Shown in pieces: positions 21,511 through 34,683 of a stretch of 64,000 nucleotides of DNA. Numbering within the stretch: position 1 is the first letter of the stretch; every line of letters begins with the position of its first letter. Source of the stretch: Styela clava (Eukaryota); NCBI RefSeq assembly GCF_964204865.1, contig NC_135253.1, positions 6,758,001-6,822,000 on the forward strand, written 5' to 3'. A program made the position numbers and the translations under genes. A model generated the notes under the pieces. That model saw only the letters and a list, made by a program, of their open reading frames with translations. It was not told the DNA's origin and searched no databases.

Positions 21511-24360
21511 GTGTGTGACATAAAGAGAATGTTTCATCAAGTTAAAGTTCATCCTGATGATTGGGATTCTCTGAGGTTCCTATGGTATCCAAATGATGAC
21601 ATTTCAAAAGAACCTGAATCTTATTTTATGACAAGAAGTCTTTTTGGCCTAACCAGTTCACCCAGTGCAGCTGGATATGCTTTAAAAAGAGCTGCAGTCG
21701 ATAATGAAACAAATGCTAATATTGATGTTTTAAATACTGTGAAAAATAATTTTTATGTTGATGACTGTTTAAAATCTTGTGATTCTTCTCATTGTGCTAT
21801 TGATGTCATTAATCAGTTAGATTGCTTGTTATCTAATGTAGGTTTTCATCTTACCAAGTATCGCAGTAACTGCCGGTCTGTTCTTTCTTCTATTTCAGAT
21901 ATAGACAAAGCTAAAGATAGTTTTTTGGATTTAACACTTGATAAATCATATTGCTCTAAGACACTTGGTATTATGTGGAATAATGTCAGTGACCAGTTCA
22001 CTGTGAAAGTGGACGTAAAGCCAAAGCCTCTCACGAGACGTGGTTGTCTCTCTATGATATCACAAATATATGATCCACTGGGTATGATGCAACCATTCAT
22101 CTTACCAATGAAAAGCCTCATGCAAACTTTATGTGCTCAAGATATTGGATGGGACTCTCCGATCACAACCCGATATGAAGAAATATGGCAAAAATGGGTT
22201 AACGAGCTTCCTAAACTGCAGGAAGTGTCAATGCCCAGATGTTTCAAACCACCAGGATTTAAGACAGACCACATTGAGCTTCATACGTTTTGTGATGCCA
22301 GCCAAGTTGGATATGGTGCAGTAAGTTATTTACGCATGACGTCACAAAATGGTGTTATTCATTGCTCATTTGTTTTGGGAAAATCTCGAGTCACACCCAG
22401 AAAGCAGATTACCATTCCAAGGTTGGAGCTATGTTCTGCTGTACTTGCCGTGAAGCTCAGTCGATTTGTCCTAAAGGAGTTGGAATACAAAGTCAACAAT
22501 GTTTATTACTGGACAGATTCAACTTCGGTGCTCCAGTATCTATCGAATACATCAGCAAGGTATCATGTTTTTGTAGCTAACCGAGTGGCTCAAATCCGCA
22601 ATAGTTCAGCGATTGTTCAATGGAGACATGTAGACACTAAGAATAACCCTGCAGATGTAGCTTCAAGAGGTTTAAGTCCGAGATGCATCGACAAAGCCAT
22701 TTCTTGGTTCAACGCGCCTGAGTTTCTTTGGCATTCTCAGGAACACTGGCCAAAGCGTCCTGAAGTTTTACCTCAAATTTCTGAGAATGATCCTGAAGTC
22801 AAGACTGTCATAAATACAAAGGTTGATGTGGCAAAGGATAATGTCAAGTCTGTATTGTCTATGCTTATGAAGCGCTACTCAAATTATGGGCGACTTCAAA
22901 GGGCAATTGCTTGGATAATACGTTTCACAAAATTCTGCAAAGCAAAGTATTTGCACAAAGTCAAGTTTCAAGGTATAGGCAGATTGAATATTGATGAGCT
23001 GGATTATGCCACTCATGAAATTCTCAGAATCACCCAGCGTGATGTGTTCTCTAAAGAAATGAAGTATCTTGAAATGATTAATAAAGAACATAAGGTTCCA
23101 AAGAGTCAACTTCGTAAAGGTCAATGTCAGTCACTTCAGAATTTATGTCCATTTATCGAAGATGATTTGATGAGAATTGGAGGACGTCTTCAACATTCTT
23201 TGCTACCACTTCATAGCAAACATCAAATAATTCTACCTCAAAATCACCATGTGACAAGATTACTCATCAAAAAGTACCATGAGCAAGAGGGACATAGTGG
23301 CACGTTACATGTTCTTGCAGTCATTCGAGAACGTTACTGGATAATACATGGTCAATCTACTGTTCGCTCTTACCTGAGGAAATGTCTTAAATGCCGAATG
23401 CAAAGAGCAAAGGTCGGCAAACAAGTTATGGCACCTTTGCCTGCCAGCAGGGTAACCCCAGGTCATCCAGCGTATACATGGACTGGAATAGATTATATGG
23501 GGCCAGTCCTAATCAAGCAAAGAAGAAGCACAATAAAGCGATATGTTTGTGTTTTTACATGTATGTCTTCTCGTGCTGTTCATCTCGAAGTTTCACATTC
23601 TTTGGAGACCAATTCGTTTCTAAATGCCTTGGAACGATTTTCAAGTCGTCATATCATGCCAAAGGAGATCTACTGTGACAATGCATCTACATTTGTTGGA
23701 GCCGAACGAGAACTCACGGCTGCAATAAAGTCCTGGAACAATGATAAAGTACACAACTATATGCTTAATCGTGGTGTCAAGTTCATCCACTCACCTCCAC
23801 TTGCTTCCCACCAAGGAGGATGTTGGGAAAGAATTATTAGTACAGTGCGTAAAGTTTTGTATGCACTGGTTGGAGAAAGAGTGCTTGATGATGAAGGCCT
23901 ACAAACGTTTCTGTGCATTGTGGAACGAATCATCAATAATCGTCCTATCACCTCATCCAGTGACGATGCTGCGGATGCTCCCCCTCTAACTCCAAAGATG
24001 CTGTTGATGGGTCAACTTGACTCATCGCTTTCACCTAGAGAGTTCAATCGAGCAGATGGATATCGTAAATCCTGGAAACTAGTCCATCGCTTAGCTGATC
24101 AATTTTGGTCACAATGGATCAAGCAATATCTTCCTCAACTTCAGGCCAGACAAAAGTGGCTCCATCCTGAAAGAAACTTCAAAAAAGGCGATTTAGTTCT
24201 TGTTGTTGATGAAACCACCAAACGAGGATTATGGCCCAAAGGAATAATTAGGGAAACCTTTCCTGATAGTAATGGTCATGTTAGAAGAGTGCGTGTAGAC
24301 ACTGCCTCTTCATCTTTCATCCGTGATATCAGAAAATTGTGCTTCCTAGAGGAATTGTGA
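21511..24360 (+). CDS. BEL/Pao pol (RT-RNase H-integrase), separated from the upstream frame by a frameshifting deletion at ~21494
   Basis: DIKRMFHQV, LFGLTSSP, NFYVDDCL (RT); FCDAS, TIPRLEL, WTDS, NPADVASRG (Pao RNase H); H..GH..C..C, GIDYMGP, YCDNASTF, WERII (IN). No true start codon. Confidence 0.92.
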   Translation: MCDIKRMFHQVKVHPDDWDSLRFLWYPNDDISKEPESYFMTRSLFGLTSSPSAAGYALKRAAVDNETNANIDVLNTVKNNFYVDDCLKSCDSSHCAIDVINQLDCLLSNVGFHLTKYRSNCRSVLSSISDIDKAKDSFLDLTLDKSYCSKTLGIMWNNVSDQFTVKVDVKPKPLTRRGCLSMISQIYDPLGMMQPFILPMKSLMQTLCAQDIGWDSPITTRYEEIWQKWVNELPKLQEVSMPRCFKPPGFKTDHIELHTFCDASQVGYGAVSYLRMTSQNGVIHCSFVLGKSRVTPRKQITIPRLELCSAVLAVKLSRFVLKELEYKVNNVYYWTDSTSVLQYLSNTSARYHVFVANRVAQIRNSSAIVQWRHVDTKNNPADVASRGLSPRCIDKAISWFNAPEFLWHSQEHWPKRPEVLPQISENDPEVKTVINTKVDVAKDNVKSVLSMLMKRYSNYGRLQRAIAWIIRFTKFCKAKYLHKVKFQGIGRLNIDELDYATHEILRITQRDVFSKEMKYLEMINKEHKVPKSQLRKGQCQSLQNLCPFIEDDLMRIGGRLQHSLLPLHSKHQIILPQNHHVTRLLIKKYHEQEGHSGTLHVLAVIRERYWIIHGQSTVRSYLRKCLKCRMQRAKVGKQVMAPLPASRVTPGHPAYTWTGIDYMGPVLIKQRRSTIKRYVCVFTCMSSRAVHLEVSHSLETNSFLNALERFSSRHIMPKEIYCDNASTFVGAERELTAAIKSWNNDKVHNYMLNRGVKFIHSPPLASHQGGCWERIISTVRKVLYALVGERVLDDEGLQTFLCIVERIINNRPITSSSDDAADAPPLTPKMLLMGQLDSSLSPREFNRADGYRKSWKLVHRLADQFWSQWIKQYLPQLQARQKWLHPERNFKKGDLVLVVDETTKRGLWPKGIIRETFPDSNGHVRRVRVDTASSSFIRDIRKLCFLEEL

Positions 24361-24628
24361 AGCATTGATTGCAATTACCAAATGTTACAATATGTTTAAT
24401 TCGAGGCTTTGCTCTATGAGCTTTATTGAGGCTATTTAGACAATTTTGGCTTATTGGTCGCTAAGACATGCATATATGTATATATTCATCTTTGTACTAT
24501 TCCATTAATTTGTGGAGTGATGTTTCATGAGTTTCGTTCGATTACTAGTTATGTTTTTATGTGATTTTTTGATCGTTTTGTTTTTGAAATACCTTTCCAC
24601 AGTCCCGGTCAAGTTATTGGGGGCGGTA

Positions 24629-25191
24629 TGTAACGATCAATCTTTCCCTTTTTAAATAATAACAATGTCATGGTTCATTTAACACCCATTATGACATCAC
24701 ATAGATGTCACGTGACGCGAGCCCGCGTTCGACCGACTCTGACTCAAGGTCAGCCCGTTGCTTCAGGTTGCGTCTTGCATTTGGCGGCGCCTTTCTAGTT
24801 TATGTTTCTGGCTTTGCTTTACCGTCGGTAGATTCCATTTTAGGTCATTAGCTAGTATGCTGCTTATTTATTTAGTTTGTTGTCAATTCAAGCATGTTTG
24901 TCCTACAGATGTAGACTTGTAGTTGGTAGCCCAAAAAATTCTTTAAATATACGGTATACGGCACACGGAATTAGAATATAATTTACAGTACACCGTATTA
25001 TCTTTCGTCACTCAATAAAAGAACTGGATTAATTGGTTTCAAATAAATTTAACACATTGCAAGTTAGTGGCAATCATATTGGACGAAGGAATTTAGGAAT
25101 ACAGCCAGCTATATAGTCTACAGGCCGGCCATCTCGGTCGGGACGTATTTGTCGCCTTCAAATATCATCAGGTTAAAGGGCGTCACTTACA
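24629..25191 (+). repeat. 3' LTR of BEL/Pao element
   Basis: Direct repeat of 17779-18341 with 3 substitutions; followed by TSD ACGTA. Confidence 0.97.
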
Positions 25192-26544
25192 ACGTATTTT
25201 CCGGGTTCTGTGACGATTCCGTTTCAACGTGAATTGAAATACCAACTGATTCGAGTTACTACGGTATCCTAACAGTAAATACCGCAGTCTACAAATATAT
25301 GAACACCAAGCGAAGCAGTAGTTCACAACATTACGCGTACCGGACCGGTATCCTCTAAAATCTTCCGAGTTTTTGAGCAAGAATTTCCAGAATTGGCCGT
25401 CACGCTTGACGGATTAAAAATCGTGTTTCCATGATTGAAAAGTAATACAGCGAAATGTTTGATGAAATATTAAATCTCATAGGATTCACAGATAGTTTGA
25501 AAGAAAATAACCTTTTGGAGAAAAATTCCATCTTTCCCCACTGAAAATTTCTATGCAATTGGTCCAGTATTCGAAGAGAAAACCGATTTTTTAATGATAA
25601 TGATGACGAAAAACAACAACAACTTTATTATTGAAACGATGGTTATGTCCACTTACGTGTCCAATAACCAACAACTTGACGTATGAGACCAAATGATCGA
25701 TTGGTCGATCGAAACCATCAGAAATTGTCGAACTCCTGCCTCGTTATGCTTCTGACCAGTGACTGTTATTTGCACAGTCCAATGCGTTTGTCGTACATCA
25801 TGCAGTGTCGTGAAGTACATAGCAGTGATAGCAGATACTGGTTAAATGTGATGGTAATTGTGTTTGCAAAGAGTGAAATGTAGCGAGAAAGATGGGATAA
25901 GCTAAATTGAAATGCTGTTTAATAATATAAGCATACCGATTTACGGTTAAAGATCGTACAAGCGTTTATTGGACAGATTTTCAAAAATATGATTTTAGCT
26001 TTTTGTACATTGTGATTAGCGCCAATGAACTAACACGAGGATCTCAGTCAAATACTGCAGATACTAGCTCGTTGTTGAAGTATGCTATTGTCCATTTCTC
26101 ATTACCGCGACACGAATAACAAACCTGTCGGGAAGCAATAGGGTAGCTCGTTGAGTCAGCACTGAATATTGACTCTTGATCAGCCACCCTACAGTATAGT
26201 TCGCTGCGACTGCGAGTATGCTATATTGAAGATATGATTATTTTCATGTTTACACAACTCTAATGTTTACTATAGTTGAGGGTAATCTGGTATTTAAAAG
26301 CCTTATTTAAAAAATGCAAAAATGTCGACTTTCATCTCATCCGATTATGTCATTGCATACGATTAACTCGTTTTTGAATGTGCGAATATTATATCATTCT
26401 TAATTACAGATTTGGAGCGGTTTGTCTGCTGTAGAAAGTTATTCATTGTATCAATAGTCAAAATGTCTTTAGTGTAGAATTGCTAGGTAAATTCTACAGT
26501 ACGAAGACACCTGGAACGTTTGTATACAGATATTGATGAATGCA

Positions 26545-26658
26545 GGGTTTAAGTATGAAGTATGCGCACCAAGATGGCGCACAACCTGAACTCGGTCTGT
26601 GTACCAGGTCAGGGTTCAGGTTGTGCGACATCTTGGTGCGCATACTTCAGGAGCACCC
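26545..26658. mobile_element. Short palindromic MITE (hairpin)
   Basis: 36-bp arms TGAAGTATGCGCACCAAGATGGCGCACAACCTGAAC (26556-26591) and its reverse complement (26614-26649) with 1 mismatch; outer GGGT...ACCC. Confidence 0.75.
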
Positions 26659-27232
26659 TTAAGTCAAATAAGCAGTACTATTTACCTGGCTACTAAATTC
26701 GAAATGTCGACCTATATATCGGGGAAACATGTAATTCATATATGACATTAGAACGATTATTCCAGTTATTTATCCCGACGAATATTGAATATTCACTAAT
26801 AAGCGATCGCAGTTCGAAGCAAAGGAAGGCATGCAACAACTTGGCACGGTTTCATTAAAAGTAGTTTTGAACTATAATTTTTACCTATCTGTAAATTAAA
26901 ACTACTATCGTTCTATGATAAGTATATACTTCATATTACAAGACATACTGGCTATTATGTTGACAGAATGGTCAAAAACATTTATATATGGACAAATAAT
27001 AAAACGCTTGATACATAACACTTTTTTAAATGATTGTACATATCCTGCAGTTTTAAAATGTATGACAAGATTAAAGCATGAATATTCACGTTATCACGTA
27101 GTACCCAGGGTATGATTTGAAACGAGCAGTTTAGAAATTGTCTTTAGATGGATGAGATTTTGTTGTGTTTAAATATATTTTCTTAATTTTATTCAAGCAT
27201 ATTTGTGGTCGAGGTAAGATATAGATCTAGAG

Positions 27233-27538
27233 CTGACGTGGGCAAACTCTGGCCCGAGGGCCTAATCCGGCCCCTTGGGTAATTCATTCTGTCCCGCCTG
27301 ATGCTGCCACAACTAAAGTAAAACCAAATTTTGATGTTTCAGCTAAAAATATCCCAAGGAATTTGTTGAGAGACGACTGAATTTAGTTTTGGCACGAGGC
27401 TAATTGTTTTCCACTTTTGCTTTTGTAACACTGCAAATAAAATTCTGTTCATAAAATGTTTTATTTTTACGTCATGCTTACATGGCCCGCCAGTCCAAGT
27501 GGGCAAAATTGTTGGTACAAAAACCTTGCTCACCCCTG
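27233..27538. mobile_element. Non-autonomous hAT (Charlie/MER-like) MITE; second copy at 58630-58907
   Basis: Degenerate C(A)GGGGTGGGCAA / TTGCTCACCCCTG TIRs; GGCCC subterminal repeats; internal CCCGCCTGATGCTGCCACAAC shared with 58630-58907. Confidence 0.75.
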
Positions 27539-27837
27539 ATCCTTGATCTAGTCTAGAGGCATTGGAAATATGAAATGCAGTTGAGTCGAAGCTTTTCACG
27601 CGATTACCAAGCAACTACTCGGTATTATTATACTAATTCGAGGTTATTCTGTGCATAATATTTGCTGTAGCTAGGAACATAATATATCCAATCAAAAGTA
27701 GTTTTTCTTTTACTGAAACTTTATCGAGCTGCATAGTGAAACTTTAATTACTCTTTCATTGATATTTCATGAAGGGTATCAGGTGAAGTTGTTTTCAGGA
27801 TAATGTCTGTAAAACTTCATCATACTACGAGTTTACA

Positions 27838-30800
27838 ATGACATTCAAATTTCCGTTCGCTGTTGAAGCTATAATATTCTTCACCTGTAGTTGTAATTAT
27901 TCATACGAGACTATTCAATATGAATATATATATCAGGTAAACAAACCAAATTACCTCAGCTATATTTTCAAAGTATTTACTACGTTTTTGTTTTCATGTT
28001 GGTTTCATGTCAGTGTTTAGCTTTATTAATTTTTTTGTGATGGGATATAAAAACAAGGGTATAATAAACAAAACAACTCTGATTGTATGGTAAAACTAAA
28101 TTCGCATTTCAACCAAAAATACTGTTTTTGTGTATAAAATGTATGCAAACGTTTGAAACATAAAGTCCCGGTTTAAATCAAGCATGTGAGCGCCATTGAG
28201 TTGCAATATAGGGTGATCGTGAATGTGAAAAAATAAATCGTATTCGGTGCTTCTTCAAAATTTCTTTCTGGAATTAAATACACGATTCTCGTATGTTCAG
28301 GTTGTATCGGAACAACACAATTACACTGCAAATAGCTCGGTCGAATATTGCACAGTAAATCAATCTACTTCAGCAAGAGAACATATTGTAGCAGATGAAG
28401 TATCCAGGTAGATATGATACATGGCTATAAAAAGAACAAATATGAAATAAAATTGATCGTTATCGATATTATTTCTATTTCCTTATATTTTTTGAAATAG
28501 CAATTATTAAATCCGGTAAACTCTTTTTAGGGTTGTAGACCTATAGACCCATCCGATGTAGCATAAGAATTGTGCAATGCGACAAAAGTCAATTTATTTG
28601 TATTAAGTATCAATTTCCTACATCAACTTTTAAATTATACCATCCATTGATATTTTGCACAGATGGTCCATGTATGCAAATGTTGCTTACTACTTGACAT
28701 GCGCCCTATTCTCAGTTCTTATTACTTCATGGAGCGACAAAATTGGAAGAAAAATAGCAATTGCATTTCCTGTATTTGGTACTGTGATCGCATCCGCAGC
28801 GCAAACAGTAATAATCATTTACAGGTGAGTGGAATTTACAGTAATTGTGTTTAATAGACGCTTAATCATTGCAAATCGCTGGTGCTTAAAATGTGAACAA
28901 GATGTTAGGAATTAAATTTATGTGAAAACATAAAATAAAGCTCCAGGACGATCATGATAAGAGCCAACGGTGTACCTTCCCTTATAGGTCTATTCTGCAT
29001 ATTTTTAATTTTACAGATTCCCTCTTTACTGGATTGTTGTAGTGAATCTTATTTATGGAACTTCAGGCGCATATGGAGCGTTGCTTAATATTGGCGCAGC
29101 GTATCTTAGCGATAACATTGATGCAGAACATCGCGACAGAAGGTGAGATAGATATCGGTAATGTCAGTTGCCACTTTTTATTGACACGGATTACTGTTAG
29201 ATATTTGCGGCTTACTAGCTACACGCTGAAAAAGTTGAAATGCACAAGCTTGGGTACATCAAACAATTACTAGAAAAGTATTACATTAATGCAGGGGTGC
29301 ACAACACGGGGCACGCGTGCCAAATTTGGCACGCCATACGCTCAAACGTGACACGCGAACGGTTTTGAAAAAAAAAGAAAATTTATGATATACATTAAAA
29401 TATCACGTTTATATCAAAATCAGCAGTTTTTCAGGAAATTGTTTCAATTAATAGATATTTCTTATTATGTATTATTATTGAAATTTGTTTGATGGGTTAT
29501 TACGGTAGTTCATATCCAAAGGTTGTTTCCGCGAGCATCGACTTCCTTGTTTACTTCGTGACATTGGCCAATGAGCAAGATGCAAAAAGTGACGTAACAT
29601 CGCTTCCGCTCAGCAACTTTTCTCGCTCAGACAGAGTCGTAAACATTACTTCGTTTTCGCGTTTTCGAATTTTATTCGTTAGTTTTCGGTTGAGTTTCGG
29701 ATATGTAAATATACATCAAATAATTCAATGATCACTTCGTCTTCTTAGGAGTTTCAGTTTAATTGCAGAAATCTAGACTAGGCTAAAATTATCCGCCGGT
29801 ATTTTTAAAAAACAGATTTGGAGTGCTATGTATCAGAATGATGGCTTGAAACAAATATCCAATTTTACAGGCGCCAACTCGCGTAACCACTCTTAAAATA
29901 AGCACCGAAAGTTTTGCAATGGGAACGTATAGGAAGAATTTTACGGGGGTCAGAGGTCGGGGAAAGGTCCATACCAACTATTGTGCATGGCTTGTGACAA
30001 GACTATTTTGAAAAATTTGGCACGTGTCCTCATTTAAGTTGTGCAAACCTGCATCAATAAAGTGGCCGTATTTGCATTTATAAACTCTGAAGCTAGTGCC
30101 AAAGTTAAGAAAATGAATTGCAGATTCACGATTCTCGATGTTGCTGCTTCTCTCGGAGGAGGAGCCATTCAGATTGCTACTGGTTATTGGATCGATTCAG
30201 GTGGATTCATTTCAAGTTCATTTTTTATCACTGGATGTGCAATGATTGCGATAATATTTATACCAATGATGTCACCATTTAATCGCCGAAAAAGACATGA
30301 AGAACCTGTCAACACAGAGACTCATTCAGAAACAGATCCGTTGCTACCGCGGTCGCAGAATGAGACCGATAAAGACGAATTCTTTGATTGCTCTTCAAAG
30401 TTTCTTGCGGCGAATGCAGACGATGGGAACACAGAAGTTAAAAACAGTTTAACAAACGACAAAAACACCAAATTTGACTTCTTTTCACAAATTAAAGTCG
30501 TCTGGAAAATATATACAACGAGACAGATTGTGTGCAATATTTGTCAATCAGGTGAATATTTTTAAGTACCGATACCAAATATGACTCATTGTGTGTTCAA
30601 AGTCTCGTGTAACTATTTTGTCAAACAAACTATTTTGTCTAGTTCAAATAATATTATCTACGTAAAATGAACTATTTTAAAGATTTTTATCTAGTGTTTA
30701 ATTGCAAGCGTCTTTTGGGCTCAAATTGAAGCATTTTTTTCCAATCATAGGACAAGTAAGTCAACGACAAATTTGTTTTCATGGCGACAATGTTCGTAGA

Positions 30801-32063
30801 GAGAGATTGTGGCGAATATGGTTCTTTGTTGTATCATACGCAATGTATATGTTTGCAGTCAATGGTGGAGAATCGTTTCGAACGATGTTTTTCGTATCGT
30901 TTCCAGTTTGTTTCACTCCCGGACTGGTTGGACTTCAGAACGTAAGCTGTCTGAAGTATTAATTTATACGATTCAAAGTGTACACTGTAAATGGCGTGTT
31001 TGAATACCAATCGTTTGAAGAGTAAATGTGCCATGTTTGGTTGAACTTTGACATTGTTTAAGTTTAATATTTTTACAGGGACTTGAAAATGGACTTGTAG
31101 CGCTGGATCCTATTGTTCTGTACTTATGTAAATCTTTATTGCATCTAAGTAGCCAAACTATTTTGCTGACGGCAATCTTTACCCGTTTATCTAGTGCTCT
31201 CATGATGAGTTTTGCGGAAGGCCCTCCTCTTGTCTTTGCAGGTAGACTAATAGTTTTAATAGTAATATTTTTTTACATTCACTAAATATATTTCCATCTT
31301 TTCACATTAAATAGCTGTCCCGTCGACATATATGGTAACCTATATGGGTTGATTGCAGGCTTTCAGCGATCATTGTAATCGCCTATAATGGGATTTTTCA
31401 AACTGCGTTCACATTCTGATTATCAATTTAACAGTGCATTGTTTGTTCTAATGATTATTATATTGTTGCTTGTAACCATTTGTTAACGAAAAATGATTCT
31501 TTTTACTCATTTCGTTTTTTTATTGTTTTCAGCAACTAGCTTCGGAATAATTTTCAATTTATCAACTCCTATTATACGCTCACAAATATCTCTTCTTGTG
31601 TCTTCCTCAGAACAAGGTATGCCATATCTGTTATTGACCAGCGGCATTTAGTTACAACTAGGTTTAGAGCTCCCCATTCCATAGGATTTGAAATATTGAA
31701 ATTTGATTTACACTAAACCTTTTTTTGTTTTGAATGTACCATTTTCTATTACAGGATCAGCACTCGCGCTTGTCTCGGGAATTGAAAGTTTATTCAACAT
31801 ATTTTCTCCGATCGTCTTTCTACATATTTATCCTGCAACACTGTATATATCTCATGGTTTCGCGTGGATTATAGAAACATTAATATTGTGCATTCCTCTT
31901 GTTCTGCTGATGTAAGTACAATATAGTCTGGAGGGAATAAAATTTACATAGTAATATAACTTTTTGTAGTAAATAAATAATACAATTTAATTTTATTTCA
32001 AGGACCATATGGATTGTAGACAAAAGAAGGGTTAACACAGAACACTCATCATCGGTGGGATAA
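27838..32063 (+). CDS. SLC46-family (proton-coupled folate transporter / SLC46A3-like) MFS transporter, paralogue 1; 10 exons (27838-27936, 28301-28407, 28663-28824, 29017-29142, 30124-30551, 30751-30941, 31079-31241, 31533-31616, 31755-31911, 32003-32063), 525 aa
   Basis: In-phase GT-AG splicing; glycosylated Cys-containing loop 1 (NYT, NSS, NQS); WSDKIGRK; AYLSD...R.RRFTIL..GYWI; PVCF; PIIRSQISLLVSSSEQGSAL; IYPATL. These match SLC46 motifs. The 5' end may have an extra exon. Confidence 0.88.
29292..30051. mobile_element. Non-autonomous hAT element in intron 4 of SLC46 paralogue 1
   Basis: TIRs CAGGGGTGCACAAC / GTTGTGCAAACCTG; GGCACG subterminal repeats; degenerate TSD CATTAATG/CATCAATA. 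Confidence 0.75.
29521..29970 (-). mobile_element. Unclassified ~450-500 bp TIR element (GG...CC termini) nested in the hAT element
   Basis: Reverse-complement homologue of 56343-56840; ends GGTTGTTTCCGCG / CGGGGAAAGGTCC. Confidence 0.65.
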
Positions 32064-34683
32064 GATCATAATTGAATTCACTATCTGATAGCTTCGAATG
32101 GAATTGTGAGTGTATCTGACGCAACGTAGCTCGTCTCCGTATGAAATACACCGAAACATCACAACAAAATCACCCGGCAGGCCATTTTGAAATTCGAAGC
32201 CTAATGTTTTAACCGGATAATATTGCAAATCGTACTCTTTTGTTCTTACATATAATAGGCCTATCATACACTGAAAGTCGGTGCTACCAAATATAGTCGA
32301 GGAGAACGTTATGATAATTAATCTTAATTTTTTTTTGTTATTATTTTTCGTACTTTTTTGTTTGCATCACATGGTTATTACGTTATTGTTCTTTGTGTTG
32401 TAATCGCTAATTGTCGGTAAACAAGTGCATTGTTGCTGACGTCGTTTATTTTGCAGTAAGTAAGCGTAGGCTAAAAAACGTGTTAGTTGTATGTTGTTTA
32501 CTTGCCAAATGTGCCTACCGCTAGTTGTAATAATCAGTTCTTTTTATTTTAATTTTTAAAATTTCTCATTAAACGGCTAGGTAACATAAAAAGCCGGTCA
32601 AATAAGATTCAGTTCCAATTATCAACTGTAATATAGAATTTGTCCAGAAATCTACATATCCTTAATTGTATGACAATGCAAAAGGTATAATGGGAATGTT
32701 TGAAAGAATGTATTGCTGTGAGCAGATTCATCCAAAATGAATTACACTAAGAATAAACTTCGTACTCGCTTGTCAGATAGTCATTGAACAACATACTGCG
32801 AATTGATTTTACCGCTTTCGCAATCACACAGCAAAACATCATCTTTCACATTGTTTATGGGTGGAAAAAATGCGGCCCGCGCGCTACTTGGGATATGTTT
32901 ATTTGCCCCGGTAATGCATGAAGGTTGCCGACCACTGGTTTAGAATATGGGACGGTTAGTTCGTTTAAACTTGACTATATTAAAACTTCCTAATTTTGTT
33001 GTAATAAAATAAACCTTCATATTACAAATAACGAATGATCATTGGATATCGACGCAGGAAAGTCTCGTGTGTGATTGGAACGCAAGTAGCACGAATACTT
33101 GTCTGCAACTAGGACGAAATTTAATACGTTGTCATCAATTTGTGTCGTAATCAGGAAACTCTTCCCGTATCGCATACGCGTATATATCTATAGGTTATGT
33201 TGTCGTTGAATGCTTCTATAATGCTAATTATTCAATATAGAAGAAACTTTGCAGCGTAGTTAAATCTAAGAGGAGTCAGAAGTGAAGAGATAGGTGATTG
33301 AATATAAATTATATGGGAATATATGTTTTTCAATTTTCTTGGAGGAGGTTCGAGTGTAATGCATACCAGCCAGAGGTGACTACTCCCTTTAATAAAATAT
33401 TGAACCGGTTAGCTTTACCCGCTGTAGCTTTATATCAGCTGTGTGATCATGGCTTTCTGGGAAGCGTTATGGGCTTCGTTGATAATTCTCGACAATGTGA
33501 AAGCGTATAGGCACTATTGCAGGAAAAAGGGGTTTCTTTGAAACAAGGTATTTAAAAGCAAAGGTCACTTTTTATCAAAATTATTTAATTGCAACAGTCG
33601 GTTAGTCATTATGACATGCTAATAATTAATGTTCGATGCAATTTACTGATTTATGTCCATAGAATTCGAAACGTATTGAATGGCACTGTTATCAGCATCA
33701 GCATTCTGACATTTCTTCTCCGTAAATAACCAGCCGGAATGAAAATCTTCAGACTTTATGCCCCAAATAATAGAAGCCCCGTCAATATCACGCATTGATA
33801 CAGATGTTGCTCATCAATGAGAACCGAGTTTGCTGAAAAGATCGACGGTCAGGGGTGCGAAATAAATGTTTTCAGAGTAACTAACAGAAAAATAAAATAA
33901 AAAGAATAGCGTTTCGGCGGCTTACTCTTTAGGATCGGCCTATCCATAAATGGCTAATCTGTGTCATAATTTGGGATTATGGCTAAATTAAATGTATTTT
34001 GGGGGGTCAATAGCATTTCATAGTGGTCTGCATGTGAACAAAACCAATTTCAACACTCAAAATGTTTGAGTTTAAAGTATCCATGCTTGATCCGAGTGTT
34101 CTTAATTACGGTGACGTCATCATATTTTTTTATGTATAATTTTCATTTTGCTACAAGGCCAATTTTATTTATATGAGTATTTCAAAGCTTAAAAATAAAC
34201 AAAGAATCTGTTGTTAGTTGAAAACGAAGTATTTTAAACGCGCGAGCAACGTAATTTGGGCGCGTTTTAGTGGGAAGCGGCGAAAATAAGCTTTTTAAAG
34301 ATATATTGGGAAATGTACTATCATGTTTGGTTAACTATTTATGTCATATTATAAAAGCGGTATAAAAAGTCGATTTGAACCAGCGTATATAAAGGGTTCT
34401 ACTGAAAATTTAAAATTGGTCTATTAGTTGCGAAGAAAGCGAACTTTTCCATGAACAACAGCAACAACAATTTGGCAACGATCCACATGTAGGCTACACT
34501 TCTGTAAACAATTAATATATAGGAAACGTACATGAGCATAATATGCTTCCTCCTAAACAAAAATAAGCTTGATATAATTTAGGACGCTGTGTAATTAATG
34601 ATTTGGTAAATGACCTCAATTCTAGAAATGCATTGTCTTCGTTACCTTAGTGTTTAATTTAATCCTTTATACATACAATCCAG

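Larger units (their letters stand above)
17779..25191 (+). mobile_element. Full-length BEL/Pao LTR retrotransposon (7413 bp), recently inserted, coding region disabled
   Basis: Two 563-bp LTRs TGTAA...TTACA differing at 3 positions; 5-bp TSD ACGTA (17774-17778 / 25192-25196); purine tract GGGGGCGG-TA before the 3' LTR; Gag (triple Zn knuckle)-PR-RT-RNaseH-IN order. Confidence 0.97.
17452..25667 (-). mobile_element. HINE-like element split by the BEL/Pao insertion (17452-17778 + 25197-25667)
   Basis: AACATGAGAGCTATGCTCAAATATATGAACACG at 17452 and the family end GTTATGTCCACTTACGTGTCCAATAA at ~25642-25667. The right part matches 15650-15970. A two-copy ~61-bp tandem repeat lies at ~17609-17726. 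Confidence 0.6.

Noticed and set aside
29489-29731. Conserved small protein IDFLVYFVTLAN.QDAK (also 56657-56842 minus)
   Set aside because: The similarity is explained by two copies of a non-coding TIR element; starts and stops are not conserved.
32855-32937. hAT right end (GGTTGCCGACCACTG); a similar end lies near 59821
   Set aside because: No matching left TIR or TSD was found, so the element boundaries cannot be supported.
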